Origin: Eledone cirrhosa
Taxonomy: Eukaryota
Assembly (NCBI GenBank): GCA_964016885.1
Contig: OZ024755.1
Location: forward strand, 27,900,001-27,964,000
Length of the DNA stretch: 64,000 nucleotides
Direction of reading: 5' to 3'
This document shows positions 35,958 through 51,062 of this stretch, in pieces. Position 1 is the stretch's first letter. The number at the start of each line of letters is the position of its first letter. Under the pieces are notes generated by a model. The model did not search any database and was not told the DNA's origin. It saw only the letters and a program-made list of their open reading frames with translations. A program made the position numbers and the translations under genes.

Positions 35958-36348
35958 TAGAGTTGAGATGGAGGGTCTGTGGTTTAGGGGGAGAACATAG
36001 CGTGAACAACGTAGAAATAGAGGAAAGAGGGAATCATTCGAATAAAAAACAGCAATTTATCAAAAAATAACGACTACATTATCTATATTAACACGAAAGC
36101 ACCCGGTCCCTATCACGATCTCACTAATCATTCACCATTTTCAAAATGTTAGTACATGCTATCAAGTTATAACCATTGTTATATTCTTTGACGTACTTAA
36201 GGCATCGTTTGGATAAATATACTAACCTTAAACAATGGCGGAACATTTGAACGTGAAAAAAGAAGTGTTTAAGTGAAAGCTATGAAACAAGCGTTTGATG
36301 TTTTTAGAGATGAATCAATGTATTTCACTGGCGTTTGAATGATGGCAT

Positions 36349-36384
36349 TTATATGTATATATGTATATATATAGGGATATAGAT

Positions 36385-36428
<44 letters not shown>

Positions 36429-36512
36429 GTATATATATATATAAATAGGTATATATATATATATATAAATAGGTATATATATATATATATAGGTGTATAT
36501 ATATATATATAG

Positions 36513-36555
<43 letters not shown>

Positions 36556-36602
36556 TGTATATATATATATATACACCTATATAGGTGTATATATATATAT
36601 AG

Positions 36603-36642
<40 letters not shown>

Positions 36643-37068
36643 CTATATAGGTGTATATATATATATATGTGTATATATATATATATACACCTATATAGGT
36701 GTATATATATATATAGGTGTATATATATATATAGGTGTATATATATATATATATATAGGTGTATATATATATATATATATAGGTGTATATATATATATAT
36801 ATAGGTGTATATATATATATATATAGGTGTATATATGTATATATATATATAGGTGTATATATATATATATAGGTGTATATATATATATATATATATATAT
36901 AGGTGTATATATGTATATATATATATATATATAGGTGTATATATGTATATATATATATATATATAGGTGTATATATGTATATATATATATATATATATAG
37001 GTGTATATATATGTATATATATATATATAGGTGTATATATATGTATATATATATATATATATATATAG

Positions 37069-37109
<41 letters not shown>

Positions 37110-37110
37110 T
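36349..37110. repeat. Compound (TA)n array punctuated by aggtg / cacct
   Basis: Direct observation. Confidence 0.95.
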
Positions 37111-37113
37111 ATA

Positions 37114-37180
37114 GACTGTCACCCCAAAAGGTATTAGAATGCTGTTGAAGTATGTACACATTTTTACGGGACATCCTGTA
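37114..37180. mobile_element. Possible Tc1/mariner-type TIR fragment; related sequence at 40851-40935
   Basis: Ends tttacgggacatcctg|ta; shared tattagaatgctgttgaagt.tgta.acat. Confidence 0.4.
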
Positions 37181-37204
37181 TATGTATATTTGTGAGTGAG
37201 TGTG

Positions 37205-37276
<72 letters not shown>

Positions 37277-37392
37277 GCGTGTGTATGTATATATATGTAT
37301 TTGTTTGTATGTAATTGTGGATTCATGATAGCATGGCTATGAATGGTGTAGAGTTTGTGAGTGCTTTTCTACAGATGTGCATTTGAAGGGAT

Positions 37393-37473
<81 letters not shown>

Positions 37474-37764
37474 TGTGTATGTATGTATGTGTGTGTGTGT
37501 TTGTGGGAACGTGTGAGTATCGGGGCGTATCTATCCGGTCTTCGATAATGAGAGAAGATGAAAAGGCGAAGAAAGAAATAACATTTGAATGGAATGTAAC
37601 TTAATAGAGATAGGTATTTAAACTATTCTAGTATTCACGCCTACACAGCGAAATATCCAAGTCGAGACACGCAAAGGGCCATCATTTCCCTTAATAGTAA
37701 AGGCAGTAATCAAACAATATATACTTATCTTCCAATTGAAATTCACTGACACCCAGTATTTGCA

Positions 37765-37797
<33 letters not shown>

Positions 37798-37899
37798 ATA
37801 TATATATATACACACACACACATGCACGCACGCACGCGCGGCCGTCAGGTATGACATTTGTATAAATTTGGAGATAGAAAACAAATTTCGACAAATTTC

Positions 37900-37910
37900 A
37901 TACTTGATGA

Positions 37911-37946
<36 letters not shown>

Positions 37947-37990
37947 CTATATATATATACATACATATATATGTGTGTGTATATACATAT

Positions 37991-38048
<58 letters not shown>

Positions 38049-38425
38049 ATATATATATGTGTGAATATGTATATATACATATATATGTTTATATATGTGT
38101 ATATGTTTATATATGTGTATATTTGTTTATATATGTGTACATATATATATACATGTTTATATATATATGTTTATATATGTGTATATATGTTTATATATGT
38201 GTACATATATATATATACGTTTATATATATATGTGTATATGTATGTATATATCTATATATATATATGTTTATATATATGTGTGTATATATATATCTATAT
38301 ATAAATGTTTATATATATGTGTGTATATATATATCTATATATATATGTTTATATATATGTGTGTATATCTATCTATATATGTTTACTTATATATGTGTGT
38401 ATATATATATATATATATGTATATG
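37900..38425. repeat. Degenerate (TA)/(TG) microsatellite complex
   Basis: Direct observation. Confidence 0.95.
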
Positions 38426-38426
38426 T

Positions 38427-38800
38427 CAGGTCACCAGTTGGTGCTACTGGTAACATGTATCCCAGTACAACCTGTCTCATGGTTGGGTCGTTGGCGACTA
38501 AACTGGCAAGCCCACCAAGGTTTCTTGGTGAGGAGGGTGACTTTGGACATCCTGCAGGACTAAAAACAAAACCTGTCAAAGGGCAAAGGAGCTCTTAAAA
38601 GTCAATGGCCATCCAAAATCACCAGGAGAGATGACCCCTTAGCCTTTGTCAAGGCAGAATTCTAGGAGAAGGAAAACTCTGATATAACACCTGCAATTCT
38701 GATGGTATCCAATGATGTTGACTTGTTCTTCTTTTTGGTAAATATCATCTTGGTTAAGAGAGTGGGACTGGCTTTGTGCAGTGCCTTTGCTCACTATAAA
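38427..38800 (+). mobile_element. Probable RTE LINE 5'UTR remnant
   Basis: Contains taggagaaggaaaactctga, a motif typical of RTE/BovB-like 5' regions; no ORF support. Confidence 0.4.
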
Positions 38801-39186
38801 AGCTTCACGGCACAGGCATTGCTTTATATCTGGAGATCTCTCTGCACTTGTCGTCACATGGTACCATGGGCCCAGCATTATGTGTCAATAATTATCACAA
38901 GTGTAGTGTTTGTACCAGATCTTTCAAGTCGCTGGCTGGACTAAAAAGTCACACTTGTTTAGCGCATCGGTAGGGGTTCTCCTACATGGATATAAAGTAA
39001 TGGCCGTACTCGAAAACGAGTTGGCAGCCACCATATATATATATATTATCCAGTTCGTGAAAATTTGGAGGTGAACAACAATTATTATTGAGTGGCTGCT
39101 ATTTGCAGTATAGCGATATAAGATTGCACTTACCAATGAAACGGTCGTAAATACCTGGATAAAATCCTTTTTTTAATGCTTACCTG

Positions 39187-39239
<53 letters not shown>

Positions 39240-40756
39240 ACTGTCTTGTTTCTGATGAAACTTATTGAAACATTTTTCTTTTTTACAAACTAGTTTTATT
39301 AGCCAGTATCTGTGAAATTTACTATCGGGTTACACAGATGCTCAGTGAACGTTTAGTGAGCAGATAAAAGATTTATGCTTTATTTAACATAAATGTCGAT
39401 ACGTATCAAATTTAATGACAATTTCTTCTATGATACGAAAGCAAATAAATGTCAACGCACACATTTGTTTCCATAAGAAATTACAATATCTACTTTTAGT
39501 ACAAGGTTAGTAATTTTGAGTTAAGGAGAAAGACGATCGTTTCGACCCCAGTATTTAACTGGTATTTGATTTTATCGACCAAGAAAGGATGAGAAGCAAA
39601 GTTGACGACGGCAGGATTCGATCGCTGTACGTAAAGGGCCTTAACTATAAGCCTCGAAGCGCCTGACGTTTTTCAGCATTTCAAGGCTTTTTGCTACCCT
39701 AAGTGCAACAGCTCCACCGCCTGCTTTACACCTCTATTCTTGATTGTGTATACCTGTACCAATGACTAGAAGCAGATAGGTATTGTCCATATGGGTTAAC
39801 AAAGTAATTAGAATTTGCAAACTAAAAAGAAATTCGCCAACACGTCACCACATACATTCATGTCATTTTCATTGTCCGTTTTTTTTTTTGGCACATACAG
39901 CCTGATATATTTTAGCATAAACTTATCACACAATAGTTTAATATGAAAGGGATTGTTCTTGACTCCATAATTTGCTTTGTGTTTACTCATTTACTGCCCT
40001 GGACGTCTATGGGCTGATGTAATTATCACAACATAATCTTGCAGCTTCACTTTGCCATAATCCTCGCAAAACAAACGTTTTGCCTCCTCCTTCGGCCTAT
40101 ATGCTCTCCCATGATTCATTACGTTTTTAGAGTGCATAAAATAAATCTCTTCTTGCTTTTTACCGGCATATGTAAATCAGTTCTCTTGTTTTCTCTTGAG
40201 CAAAATCGTCGGAAAAAAAGATAGTGAGATTGGATAGAGTTGGATGGACAGACTAAGAGAAATAGGGGGATGGAATGAGAGAAGATGACACATAATTTTC
40301 AAACTTATATCTCTAAAAAGAAAATTGACTATATATATAGTAGCTCAAAGCGTGCCCAAACCAGCCCAGGCGTCGCTTGCAGATGGCAGAAGAAACTAGC
40401 TGCTGGTTGACATCGATAACACAATGTATGAGTTGAACATTGATTTTGATAGAATAGAATAACCCTTCGCGAAAAATTGTTGGCCTTGGGCTTATGGAAG
40501 AAGAAATGATCACAATTATCCTACAAAAATATCATTTCTGTTACGACATTATATTTTAGTTATGTTCTGAAATTTAATTATACCTGCAGCTTTTGTTGTG
40601 CTGCTATGTGTGATAACTCGCATAAAACTAATTTTACATAAGAACATATTGGTATATTGTAAGCCGTTTCTATTCAATGCTGTCTATCATTCGACATCTA
40701 ATCAGATATGTTTGACACCCACGGGTATCCACCTACATACAAACAGACACACATAT

Positions 40757-40834
<78 letters not shown>

Positions 40835-40924
40835 ATATATATATATATAATATAGGGAGTCCTCCAAAATGTATATACACTTTGATTACCTTCACATGCA
40901 ATATTTATTAGAATGCTGTTGAAG

Positions 40925-41293
40925 TGTGTATACATATATGTATATATAAATATATATATATGTATATGTATATGTATATATGTGTATATGCATATATATA
41001 TATGTATATGTATGTATATGTATATATATATATGTATATGTATATATATATATGTATATGTATATATGCATATGTATATATGTATATATATGTATATGTA
41101 TATATATGTATATATATGTATATGTATATATGTATATGTATATATATATATGTATATATATATATATGTATATATATATGTATATATATATGTATATATA
41201 TATGTATATATATATGTATATGTATATACATATATGTATATATATGTATATATACATATATATGTATATGTATATATATATGTATATATATGT

Positions 41294-41325
<32 letters not shown>

Positions 41326-42650
41326 GTATATATATATGTATATATATGTATATGTATATATATATGTATATATATATGTATATGTATGTATATATGTATA
41401 TATGTATATGTTTATATGTATATATGTATATGTGTATATGTATATGTTTATATGTATATATGTATATGTGTATATGTATATATATATGTATATATATATG
41501 TATATATATATATGTATATATATATGTATATATATATATATGTATATATATATGTATATATATATGTATATATATATGTATATATATATGTATGTATATA
41601 TGTATATATATATATGTATATATATGTATATATATGTATATGTATATATATATATATGTATATATATGTATATATATGTATATGTATATATATATGTATA
41701 TATATATGTATATATATATGTATATATATATGTATATATATATGTATATATATATGTATATGTATATATATGTATATGTATATATGTATATGTATATATG
41801 TATATGTGTATATGTATATGTGTATATGTATATGTTTATATGTATATATGTATATGTGTATATGTATATATATATGTATATATATATGTATATTTATATA
41901 TGTATATGTATATATATATATATGTATATATGTATGTATATATGTATGTATATATGTATATATATATGTATGTATATATATATATATGTATGTATATATA
42001 TATGTATATATGCATGTATATAGGTATATATATATATGTATATATGCATGTATATAGGTATATATATATGTATGTATATATATATGTATATATGTATGTA
42101 TATATATATATGTATATATATATGTATGTATATATGTATGTATATATATATGTATATATGTATATATGTATATATATATATGTATGTATATATGTATATA
42201 TATATATGTATGTATATATGTATATATATATATGTATATATGTATGTATATGTATATATATATGTATATGTATATGTATATATGTATATATATATGTATA
42301 TTATATATATGTATATATATGTATATGTATATATATGTATATATATGTATATATATGTATATGTATATATATATGTATATATGTATATGTATATATATGT
42401 ATATATGTATATATGTATATATGTATATATGTATATGTATATATGTATATATATATATATGTATATGTATATATGTATATATATATATATGTATATGTAT
42501 ATATGTGTATATGTATATATGTATATGTGTATATGTATATGTGTAAATGTATATATATGTGTATATGTATATATATTTGTATATCTATATATATGTATAT
42601 ATGTATGTGTATATGTATATATGTATATATATGTATATGTATATATATAT

Positions 42651-42742
<92 letters not shown>
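40925..42742. repeat. 1.8-kb (TA)n/(TATG)n compound microsatellite ending in (CA)n(TA)n
   Basis: Direct observation. Confidence 0.97.
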
Positions 42743-42747
<5 letters not shown>

Positions 42748-43064
42748 TTCATGCGTGGATGAAAGCATATGTACAGTATTGTGTCTGTCTATTGTTTTAC
42801 GTTGAGTAATTTTCTTGTCATATTTTTTTCCTATTACTGAAATATATTATTTTCGTGAGAACGTGTTTTTTTCACCTCAAACATAATCTGGATTCTGTAT
42901 TTCATATTATTTTATGGCACATTCTTGATATCTTCTTTATTCAACGGAATTGTCAATATGAAAGTACAATTAATGAACTTTTTTGTCACATTTAGATTTA
43001 AACTTAATCGTATTGAAATTGTAAATGGAGATTATTTAAATTAAGTCTCTCATAAATTGGACTT

Positions 43065-43335
43065 GGTGTTTTTGTTGTCGTTGTTCTTCTTATTGTTGTT
43101 GTTGTTATTTTTCTTCTTCTTCTTCTTCTTCTTCTTCTTCTTCTTCTTCTTCTTCTTCTTCTTCTTCTTCTTCTTCTTCTTCTTCTTCTTCTTCTTCTTC
43201 TTCTTCTTCTTCTTCTTGCTCTTGTTCTTCTTGTTCTTCTTCTTGTTCTTGTTCTTCTTCTTCTTCTTCTTCTTCTCCTTCTTCTTCTTCTTCTTCTTCT
43301 TCTTCTCCTTCTTCTTCTCCTTCTTCTTCTTATTA
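43065..43335. repeat. (TTG)n/(TTC)n trinucleotide repeat
   Basis: Direct observation. Confidence 0.97.
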
Positions 43336-43342
43336 TCATTAG

Positions 43343-43531
43343 AGCGGTGGCTTAGCAGTATCGGTAGAGGGTCGGACACCTTGCTTTTCAGCATAGAGTT
43401 GCGTCCCTTTACGGTCTGAGGTCAAATCCCACCGAGGTTAACTTTGCCTTTCATCCTTACGGGGTGGATACAATAAAGTACCAGTAATGTACTGGCGGGT
43501 ATTTGCTGGCATTGTGCCAAAAGTAGAAACA

Positions 43532-43568
<37 letters not shown>
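43343..43568 (+). mobile_element. tRNA-derived SINE with (ATT)n tail
   Basis: A and B boxes, core, tail agtagaaacaattattatt. Confidence 0.88.
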
Positions 43569-43569
<1 letters not shown>

Positions 43570-44099
43570 ACCGTACACATAGGTTTGCCATCACGTTTTA
43601 AGTTTACCTGCTGTATGCATATCTTAATCGGCATGGATCGAAATGAGATGTAACAACGATAGTTTGCCTTCCTTAGTGGAGGTGGGCTTAATGAAGGTGA
43701 CCCATGAGAGTTATTGCAGAATTTTGTTAATATTTTTGTTATATCGTGTTTGGTTAGTTTCTGTTTACACGAATGTAAAACCCTCACTGGTTTTATGCCT
43801 GTGTTTTGTTGGCTTTGACCAACCCAACAATCAGAATTAGTTCCTTTGGATAAACTAGAGCAGGCGCCCTAATTCGGTGAAGTGCGGACAGGGCAAGTCA
43901 TGATATTTTCACCCGACCTTTCAGGGTTAGCTTTGTTTCGGCAAAGGGAGTAGCCTAGGTGCTCCCTTCCTCGTCCCTCAACTAAACCAGGCCATGATCA
44001 ACTTAACCGGTCCATCTGTCCAGCGTCTGTTGACTCTGTTCAACGGCAAGGACTTGCCATTCCAGATATTCGTCGGACCTCTGCTGTTGTAATGACAAC

Positions 44100-44293
44100 A
44101 TTACAACAAGATCGAACCTTGATCTGATCAATAGCGAAACGCGCGTCACCAATCAATAAACGTAATGAAGGCTTAACAAATCGTCCTTGTATTATTATAT
44201 TTAAACTCTATTTAGCTCTACACCTCGCTACAGACATAAACCTAATCAAATGCTTACCTGGGTGAACCGACATTATCTTCACGTCACACTCCA
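44100..44293 (+). mobile_element. Family B Penelope-type 3' fragment
   Basis: gatcgaaccttga...gcGAAACgcgcGTCacc.atcaataaa, homologous to 20222-20418. Confidence 0.7.
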
Positions 44294-44319
44294 TATATAT
44301 ATATATTTTTTTTTTATTT

Positions 44320-44516
44320 ATGTAATAAACAACACGATATAATTATTCCATTATCCAAGGTTTCACGAAGACAGGCGACCCCTTGGGTGGAATAATTATA
44401 TTGTGGAATAATTATATAATGGAATGATTATATTGTTGTTTATTACACAATTAAATAGCTCTGTACTATACATAGAGCACTCTTCTTTCCTTTACCTTAT
44501 CCACGGAAATACTTTG
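44320..44516 (+). mobile_element. Family C foldback module
   Basis: Inverted arms tgtaataaacaac.../...gttgtttattaca; tail gctctgtactatacatagagcactc; relatives at 4139-4285 and 62619-62710. Confidence 0.6.
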
Positions 44517-44536
44517 TATATATATATATATATATC

Positions 44537-45080
44537 CAAAATTAAATTAAGGGTGTCATGTCCGAGACATGCGCCATATACAGCGTAGAATAAGCTCAAA
44601 GATTCCAATGAATAGATCCGAGCATTTTATATCAACTAGAAATAGATTGACAAATATATATATATATATATATATATATTTAAAATAAACACATGAAACA
44701 ATCACAGGGGATAAGCTAGGTAGGTAACTAATTAAAGTTTAACTAGAACTTCAAATATAGATACCTTTTCAAAATGATTAATCTTCGTTGTATATATATA
44801 TATTTCATTAAAGAAATATTTTTCACCATTAATCCGTAAACACAGATAGTTAAATCTCGGATTTTCAACAGGGGAGAAGATTTAACTATCTGTGTTTACG
44901 GATTAATGGTGAAATATATTTCTTTAATAAAATATATATACATATTTGAAGTTCTAGTTAAACTTTAATTAGTTACCTACCTAGCTGTGTGTGCTTACAC
45001 ACTTTACAAATTATCCCCTGTGATTGTTTCGTGTGTTTATTTTAGATATACATATATGTCAATCAATTTCTAGTTGATAT
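44537..45080 (-). mobile_element. Older imperfect foldback module (about 450-bp inverted repeat plus tail)
   Basis: Arms 44630-44857 and 44878-45080 with indels; minus-strand tail starts aaaat-gctc...gagc; no intact hammerhead seen. Confidence 0.6.
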
Positions 45081-45284
45081 ATATATATATAAAATCATGG
45101 AAACAAAAAACGATCAAACAAGAGGATGCAAGTGCATAAAACCAAATTAGTTTTGGTCTTGGAAGAATGAGACTTTGTTGCATAGTGAACATATCGGGTA
45201 TTTGCCCTTCATCGGGAAGAACACAAGAGGAAAAGCGCCAAGAACAAAAAAAGGGAAAAAAAATGTTTGTTTTTTTAAATATTA

Positions 45285-46101
45285 GTATGTGTAAGTGCGC
45301 GTGTATGTGTTTGTGTGTCTGTCTATGCATGTGCGTGTGTGTGTGTATGTGCATGTGTGCGCGTGTGTATGTGAGTATGTGTATGAGTATCTGTCTATGC
45401 ATTTGTGTGTGTGTGTGTGTGTGTGTGGCTGTCTGTCTGTCTGTGCATGTGTGCGCGCGTGTGTATTAGTATGTCTATATGTATATGTATGTTAACATAT
45501 GTGTGTCTGTACATGTGTGTGCTTGTATGTGTTCGTATGTCTATATGTGTGTTTGTGTGCCTGTGTCTGTGTTAGAATGTGTTTGTGTGTATATACCTGT
45601 GTTTGTCTGTCTGTGTGTTTGTGTCTGTGTTTGTGTGTGTTTGTATGTGTATGTTAGAATGTGTGTGTGTGTGTGTGCTTGTGTGTGTATGTTAGAATGT
45701 GTGTGTGTGTGTGTGTGTTTGTGTGTGTATGTTAGAATGTGTGTGTGTGTGTGCTTCTGTTTGTGTGTGTGTGTGTGTGCCTGTTTGTGTGTGTGTGTCT
45801 GTGTCTGTCTGTGTATGTTAGAATGTGTGTGTGTGTCTGTGTGTGTGTGTGTTAGTATATGAGTGTGTGTGTGTGCTTGTGTTTGTGTGTGCCTGTTTGT
45901 GTGTCTGTGTGTGTGTGTGTGTGTCTGTGTCTGTCTGTATGTTAGAATGTGTGTGTGTCTGTGTGTGTGTTAGTATATGTGTGTGTGTGTGTGTGTGTTT
46001 GTGTGTATGTGTGTGTGCCTGTTTGTGTGTCTGTGTGTGTCTGTGTGTCTGTGTATGTTAGAATGTGTGTGTGTGTGTTAGTATATGTGTGTGTGTGTGT
46101 G
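45285..46101. repeat. (TG)n-rich compound repeat with recurring atgttagaatg
   Basis: Direct observation. Confidence 0.95.
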
Positions 46102-46501
46102 TACATTATCTGTTGAGCCAGAACGAAACTCCCAACCATCAAATCCTCCTACATGTGACATCTTTTAATCGGTGAGTCGTCTCTTCAGCGTTTCATTATG
46201 AAAAGAAAGAAAAAAGATAATGAAAGAAACAAGAGAAAGGTTATAGTCATTTCTTCATTGCAATTCGATATTTCTAGAACACGCGATTGTTAAAAGTCGA
46301 CATTGTTAGCATTTATTTTTTTATTGCTGCTATTAGTGTTATCGCATTTTCGGCGCCATTTCTACTATTTGTTGTCCAGTTACAAATAGCATCGTATTAA
46401 TTTCTTCTCATTTTTATTTTTCCTAGCTTTTCATCTTTAAATTCCTATGAATATTGTGGGTGGCTGGCTTTTTTCTTTTAGTTCGGTTTTATTGATGCAT
46501 G

Positions 46502-46562
46502 GACACACACACACACACATACACGTATACACATGCGCACACACACACACACACACACACAC

Positions 46563-46620
<58 letters not shown>

Positions 46621-46865
46621 ATGCACACACACACACACACACACACGTATGCACACACACACACACACACACACCTACACAAATACAAACACACACACAC
46701 ACATACACACACACAAACGCACGCACAAACATAGAAACATACACACATACACACACACAAACACACATACACACACACATACACACACAGACAAACACGC
46801 ACACATATGCACACAGACACACACAGAGTGACACAGACACACTCACGTACACACACACACACACA
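46502..46865. repeat. (CA)n-rich compound repeat
   Basis: Direct observation. Confidence 0.95.
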
Positions 46866-47289
46866 TATATATATATAGATATAGATATTCATATTTCCAC
46901 ATACTTCGTACTCAGCCTAATTGTAGGAAGAATATGGATATTATTCCTAGATTCTTTTAATGGACAGAATGTTGAATGGTGTGTATTTGTAAAATGTGTC
47001 GGTTTTGATGTAGTTTTGGTGCGGTGTTGCTAGAAAACTTGTACAATGGCCCTTGACTAAGTAAAATAGCTGCGAAATTTTCAACATACCTTTTTCGAGG
47101 TAAATTGTGTAAGTTTCTTTGGAAAAGAGATTGACGATCTCCTCGTCCAGAGATATGGAGGAGTTCACCTTGCTTCCAAAGTAAGGATTTCACTTACTGG
47201 ATCATTAGAAAAAACAAAGCAAAGAGAACAGGAGCCATGGATTACATGCGCTTCGTTCCGTTTGTGACACTGTAGGGCTCGGTGCAGTC

Positions 47290-47445
47290 ACCATTTGACA
47301 TATTTGAAGCTTCTATGCCCCCATAAAAAATATATGATGACATTTAAGATTATGTCACATATGCCAAGCTTTTTAAAGATTTTCCAGTGAGCTTTGCGAT
47401 TGACAGCATCAAAGACTTTGGGCAAGTCGACAAAAATAAATTCAA
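47290..47445 (-). pseudogene. Decayed RT fragment (RTE-like)
   Basis: FIFVDLPKVFDAVNRKAHWKIFKKLGI. Confidence 0.65.
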
Positions 47446-48307
47446 AACTGCTCCTGCTTCTTTTCTCAAAATTTCTCTGCAACCGGGTGAAGGGAGAAGA
47501 TTATGTTAACAGTAACCTGACTTGTACGGGACCCACTTTTGGTATTTGCAGTCAATGTCATCAACAAGTCTGTATGTAATTATGTTGAAAATAACAGGGG
47601 CAAGACTGGTGATATTGAGGAGGGAGAAGCCACGAGAATTGTCACAACTGAATATTTTCCTTCGTTCTTGAAGGGATGGATTTTACATTTTTTTGTCGTG
47701 ACACCTACACGACCTCATTTGTTTCGGACTGGATGTTGTGGTACCAACATTTTATATCTCTGGAAAATCTTTAGTTGACCTTATACCATAATTCTATTGT
47801 ATGCATCTTTTGGTAAAGTAAAGAATGTCCCACGAAGATAGACGACTAATAAGGAGAAATTTCATATAAAATTACACAATGCTGACATAAATATGCTGAT
47901 AACATTTATGCAATATAATCAAGAAATTGTTGTTAAAACGTTGGTGGAAAAGTAGTATTGAATACAAATATAAGTTCGTTCCTGTAGAAAGTTTGTTGAT
48001 GAATTTAATAAATTTAGTATACACACACATCAATCACATCACTATGTTCAGGTACGAAACCGGCGATTGGTATGGATTAGTTATGAAATCCGACATCCAA
48101 TTTGTAACTTCCACGCTGAATATCTTCTGCTACATCAACTACCAGGAGGTCGCCGCAAGAGACAAAGACCGAAGACCACATTCCAAAGAATGGTCACATA
48201 AGAATTGAATGCAAACATCACCGCAATTCAGCAAAAAGCCTATAATAGAAACATTTGGGCAGCTTTTATTTTATCTTCCTCATGACATTATTTTAATATA
48301 GTAAATG

Positions 48308-48585
48308 ATCTGAGTTCAAATCCCGCCGAGGTTAACTTTGCCTTTCATCCTTACGGGGTCGATAAAATAAAGTACCAGTAATGCACTGGGATAATTGCTG
48401 GCCTTGTGCCTAAAGTAGAAACAATTATTTTAATATAGTAAAGGGCGGTGAATTGGCTTTGACGCATAGTTACAGCCCTTGCCATTTTGAGTTTAAATCT
48501 CGTCGAGGTTAACTTTGCCTTTCATCCTAACGGGGATCGATAAAATAAAGTACCAGTAATACACTGGGATAATTGCTGGCCTTGA
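48308..48585 (+). mobile_element. Two adjacent partial SINE copies
   Basis: B box, core and tail each occur twice. Confidence 0.8.
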
Positions 48586-49689
48586 GTGATACGGAATAAA
48601 CATCTCATGTGAAACATGAGAAACGAGAAATTAATCATGAAACTTAACAGCAGTTTGAAACGAAAGGCTGTTACATATATTTACCTTTAAGTTTAATGTT
48701 TCATTGAAATAGGTTAACTCAGCATTTACCATGATGGGAAACCTCCCATTATATTACACTGTTCTCCGTTCACGGCAAACAAGGCATCAATATATATAAT
48801 AAGTTTTGTTTTTAATATAATGGGTTAATAGCACATTTAACACCTTGCCTATAACTATATTTTTTAAACGAAAAGCATAAAAGCAATACACATAAAACTT
48901 CAATCAAATATTTACTTCTCTGAACCCTACCTGGATTTATGCTCTCTTCCCCTTGAGGAAGGCCACAAATAAAACATGTTACAAATATAACTGCATGAAC
49001 AATATAATATAAATCTCTCACATAAAATTGTAAGAATACCAAGTATACAATCATTTATCTTAAGAAACTATATGAAATTCTAACGTCTTCCAGCATACTT
49101 CTTGTGGAAGGCATTTCAAATTAGATTTAGATTGAAAATATAAAATTTAACACGAACGAACTATTTCTAAAGACTATATCATGACTAAGCAGACATAAAA
49201 CTATTTTGCTTCAAGTGTTCAGATGTTAGACACTGATACAATTATAGAATCAATATATTCGTAGTCTTAGGCGAAGAATTACAAATGATACAATATTCAC
49301 AATTTATTGAATTAGAACCCCAGCAACAAATAAAGATCATCTCCAATCGGTTATGTTGTCGTGTAACGAAAGATATGTAATGTATAGCATGTATGAATAT
49401 TTAATTTGTGTCGCTGATTAGCTTGATATTGACCTTGAAATCGAATGTTTATAAACAAAGTTATTCAAACGGTAACGATCGCCTCTTCGTACAAGATTAT
49501 TTAGCGTTTCCTTTTTTAAAGATGGCAGTGTGCTATAGTATGAAATTTGTTACTAACAGTTATGCAATGTTTTACACTCTTGTGAACATTTTTTTCGTGT
49601 AAATATATTTGCCCTTGCCTTCCATTTTTAAAAATATTATATCGACGTTTCGTCTACGGAGGGGTAAATGTAGTAAGGAAAGGCACTAC

Positions 49690-50640
49690 TTATATCTGCT
49701 AAAGATTTGCCTCTTGAAGATAAGGCTGAAATATAAGTCTTTGTCAGTGGTGCAAGTTGATGTACCAAACAAGGAGTCCGAATACAAATCTTTCCTTAAT
49801 GAAGTCACTCAAGCGTTTGATGTAGTTAAGACTGAGTCATATATCCAGATGGGAGACTTCGATGCACATATTGACACTGACCATCTGACATGGAAAGGAG
49901 TGATTGGAAGGAATGGTGACACCGATCTAAATACAAATAGAGAGGCCTTACTATACTTCTGTTCTAGCAATGGTCTCTCTCTATTATGAATACCTTCTTC
50001 CAGCACAAAGACATCCCTAAATTTACATTGTATAAGTGGAAACAAGGACAGAAATCAATAATTGCTTTTATATTGTATCTGATCTCTCTGAATTTCTGTT
50101 AAGAGAGGAACTGAGTTGTCAATTGATCTCTGTCTTTGTTATCTGAAACTTGAGTCTACCTACAGCCACAATCATAATCCGAATTTTCAACAAAGATGAC
50201 CAGAGATATTGTTCCAATTACAGAGAGATCCCCTTGTTAAGTCTCCCAGGTAAAGTCTATGCTAAGTGCCTGGCAAAGAGATGCCAGGGAGATTGTCGAG
50301 TCCAAGCTAGATGATGAACAGTGAGGTTTTCAACCCAGAGGCAGCACAGCCAACCAAATATTCACACTGCGAGAAGTATTCGAGAAATCGTGGGAGTATT
50401 GCCAAGAAGTTTATTCTTGTTTTGTTGACCTTGAAAAGGCATATGACCGCGTTCCTCGCCGAGGAAGGTTCTGCAGGAATAAGCGATCGATGGTCAGCTC
50501 GTTACTGCCCTGATGTCTCTATACGAATGTCCGAGATTTTGTGTTCGGAGAAATGGTGCTATATCGAACCATTCAATGAGGTTCTCGGACTGCCAAGCTT
50601 GCGTACTGTCACCTATCCTGTTCATTACATTAACCGGATT
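49690..50640 (+). pseudogene. Decayed RTE-type LINE (APE and RT fragments with internal deletion)
   Basis: MGDFDAHI, WKGVIGRNG, FCSSNGL; downstream LLSLPGKVYAKCL and FVDLEKAYDRV. Confidence 0.75.
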
Positions 50641-50876
50641 TATATGCGTAGTCTGGTAGGAAGTGGTATCATGACTGGCGCATGTCAAATCAGTTGGTCG
50701 GAATTTGCAGCCGACATGCTGTTACTTAACTCGACGTTGTTTTTGGAAAACCAGCAGTCACCCCTCTCCGCGCCACCAGTATGCTTTGGTAAAGAACACA
50801 AACACCGTTCTGTTCCGACATGGAACTCACAACATCGTTATTGTAAGGCTCTAATCACCAAGCAAGCGAATCCCAG

Positions 50877-50914
<38 letters not shown>

Positions 50915-51062
50915 ACGCACACGCACACATACACATACACACACACACACGCACACACATACACACACGTACACACACATACGCACACACAGATATGCAC
51001 ACACAGATATACGCGCATACACACATGCACACACACACACATGCACACACACATACACACAT
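50877..51062. repeat. (CA)n-rich repeat
   Basis: Direct observation. Confidence 0.95.

Noticed and set aside
39047-39160. Possible decayed long-stem II hammerhead (gtgaaaa...GAAACggtcGTA)
   Set aside because: 5' core non-canonical and stem I offset; too weak to call
39250-39280. CTGATGA...GAAAC match
   Set aside because: No stem II or stem III pairing; expected by chance
36269-42809. Long ORFs rich in Y/I/M/C/V (up to 579 aa)
   Set aside because: Translation of (TA)/(TG) microsatellites that happen to lack stops
43004-43419. Poly-R, poly-K and poly-F ORFs
   Set aside because: Frames of a (TTC)n repeat
45138-45215. Possible minus-strand hammerhead (cCGATGA-aggg...ccc-GATA)
   Set aside because: Both core boxes deviate and stem I could not be paired
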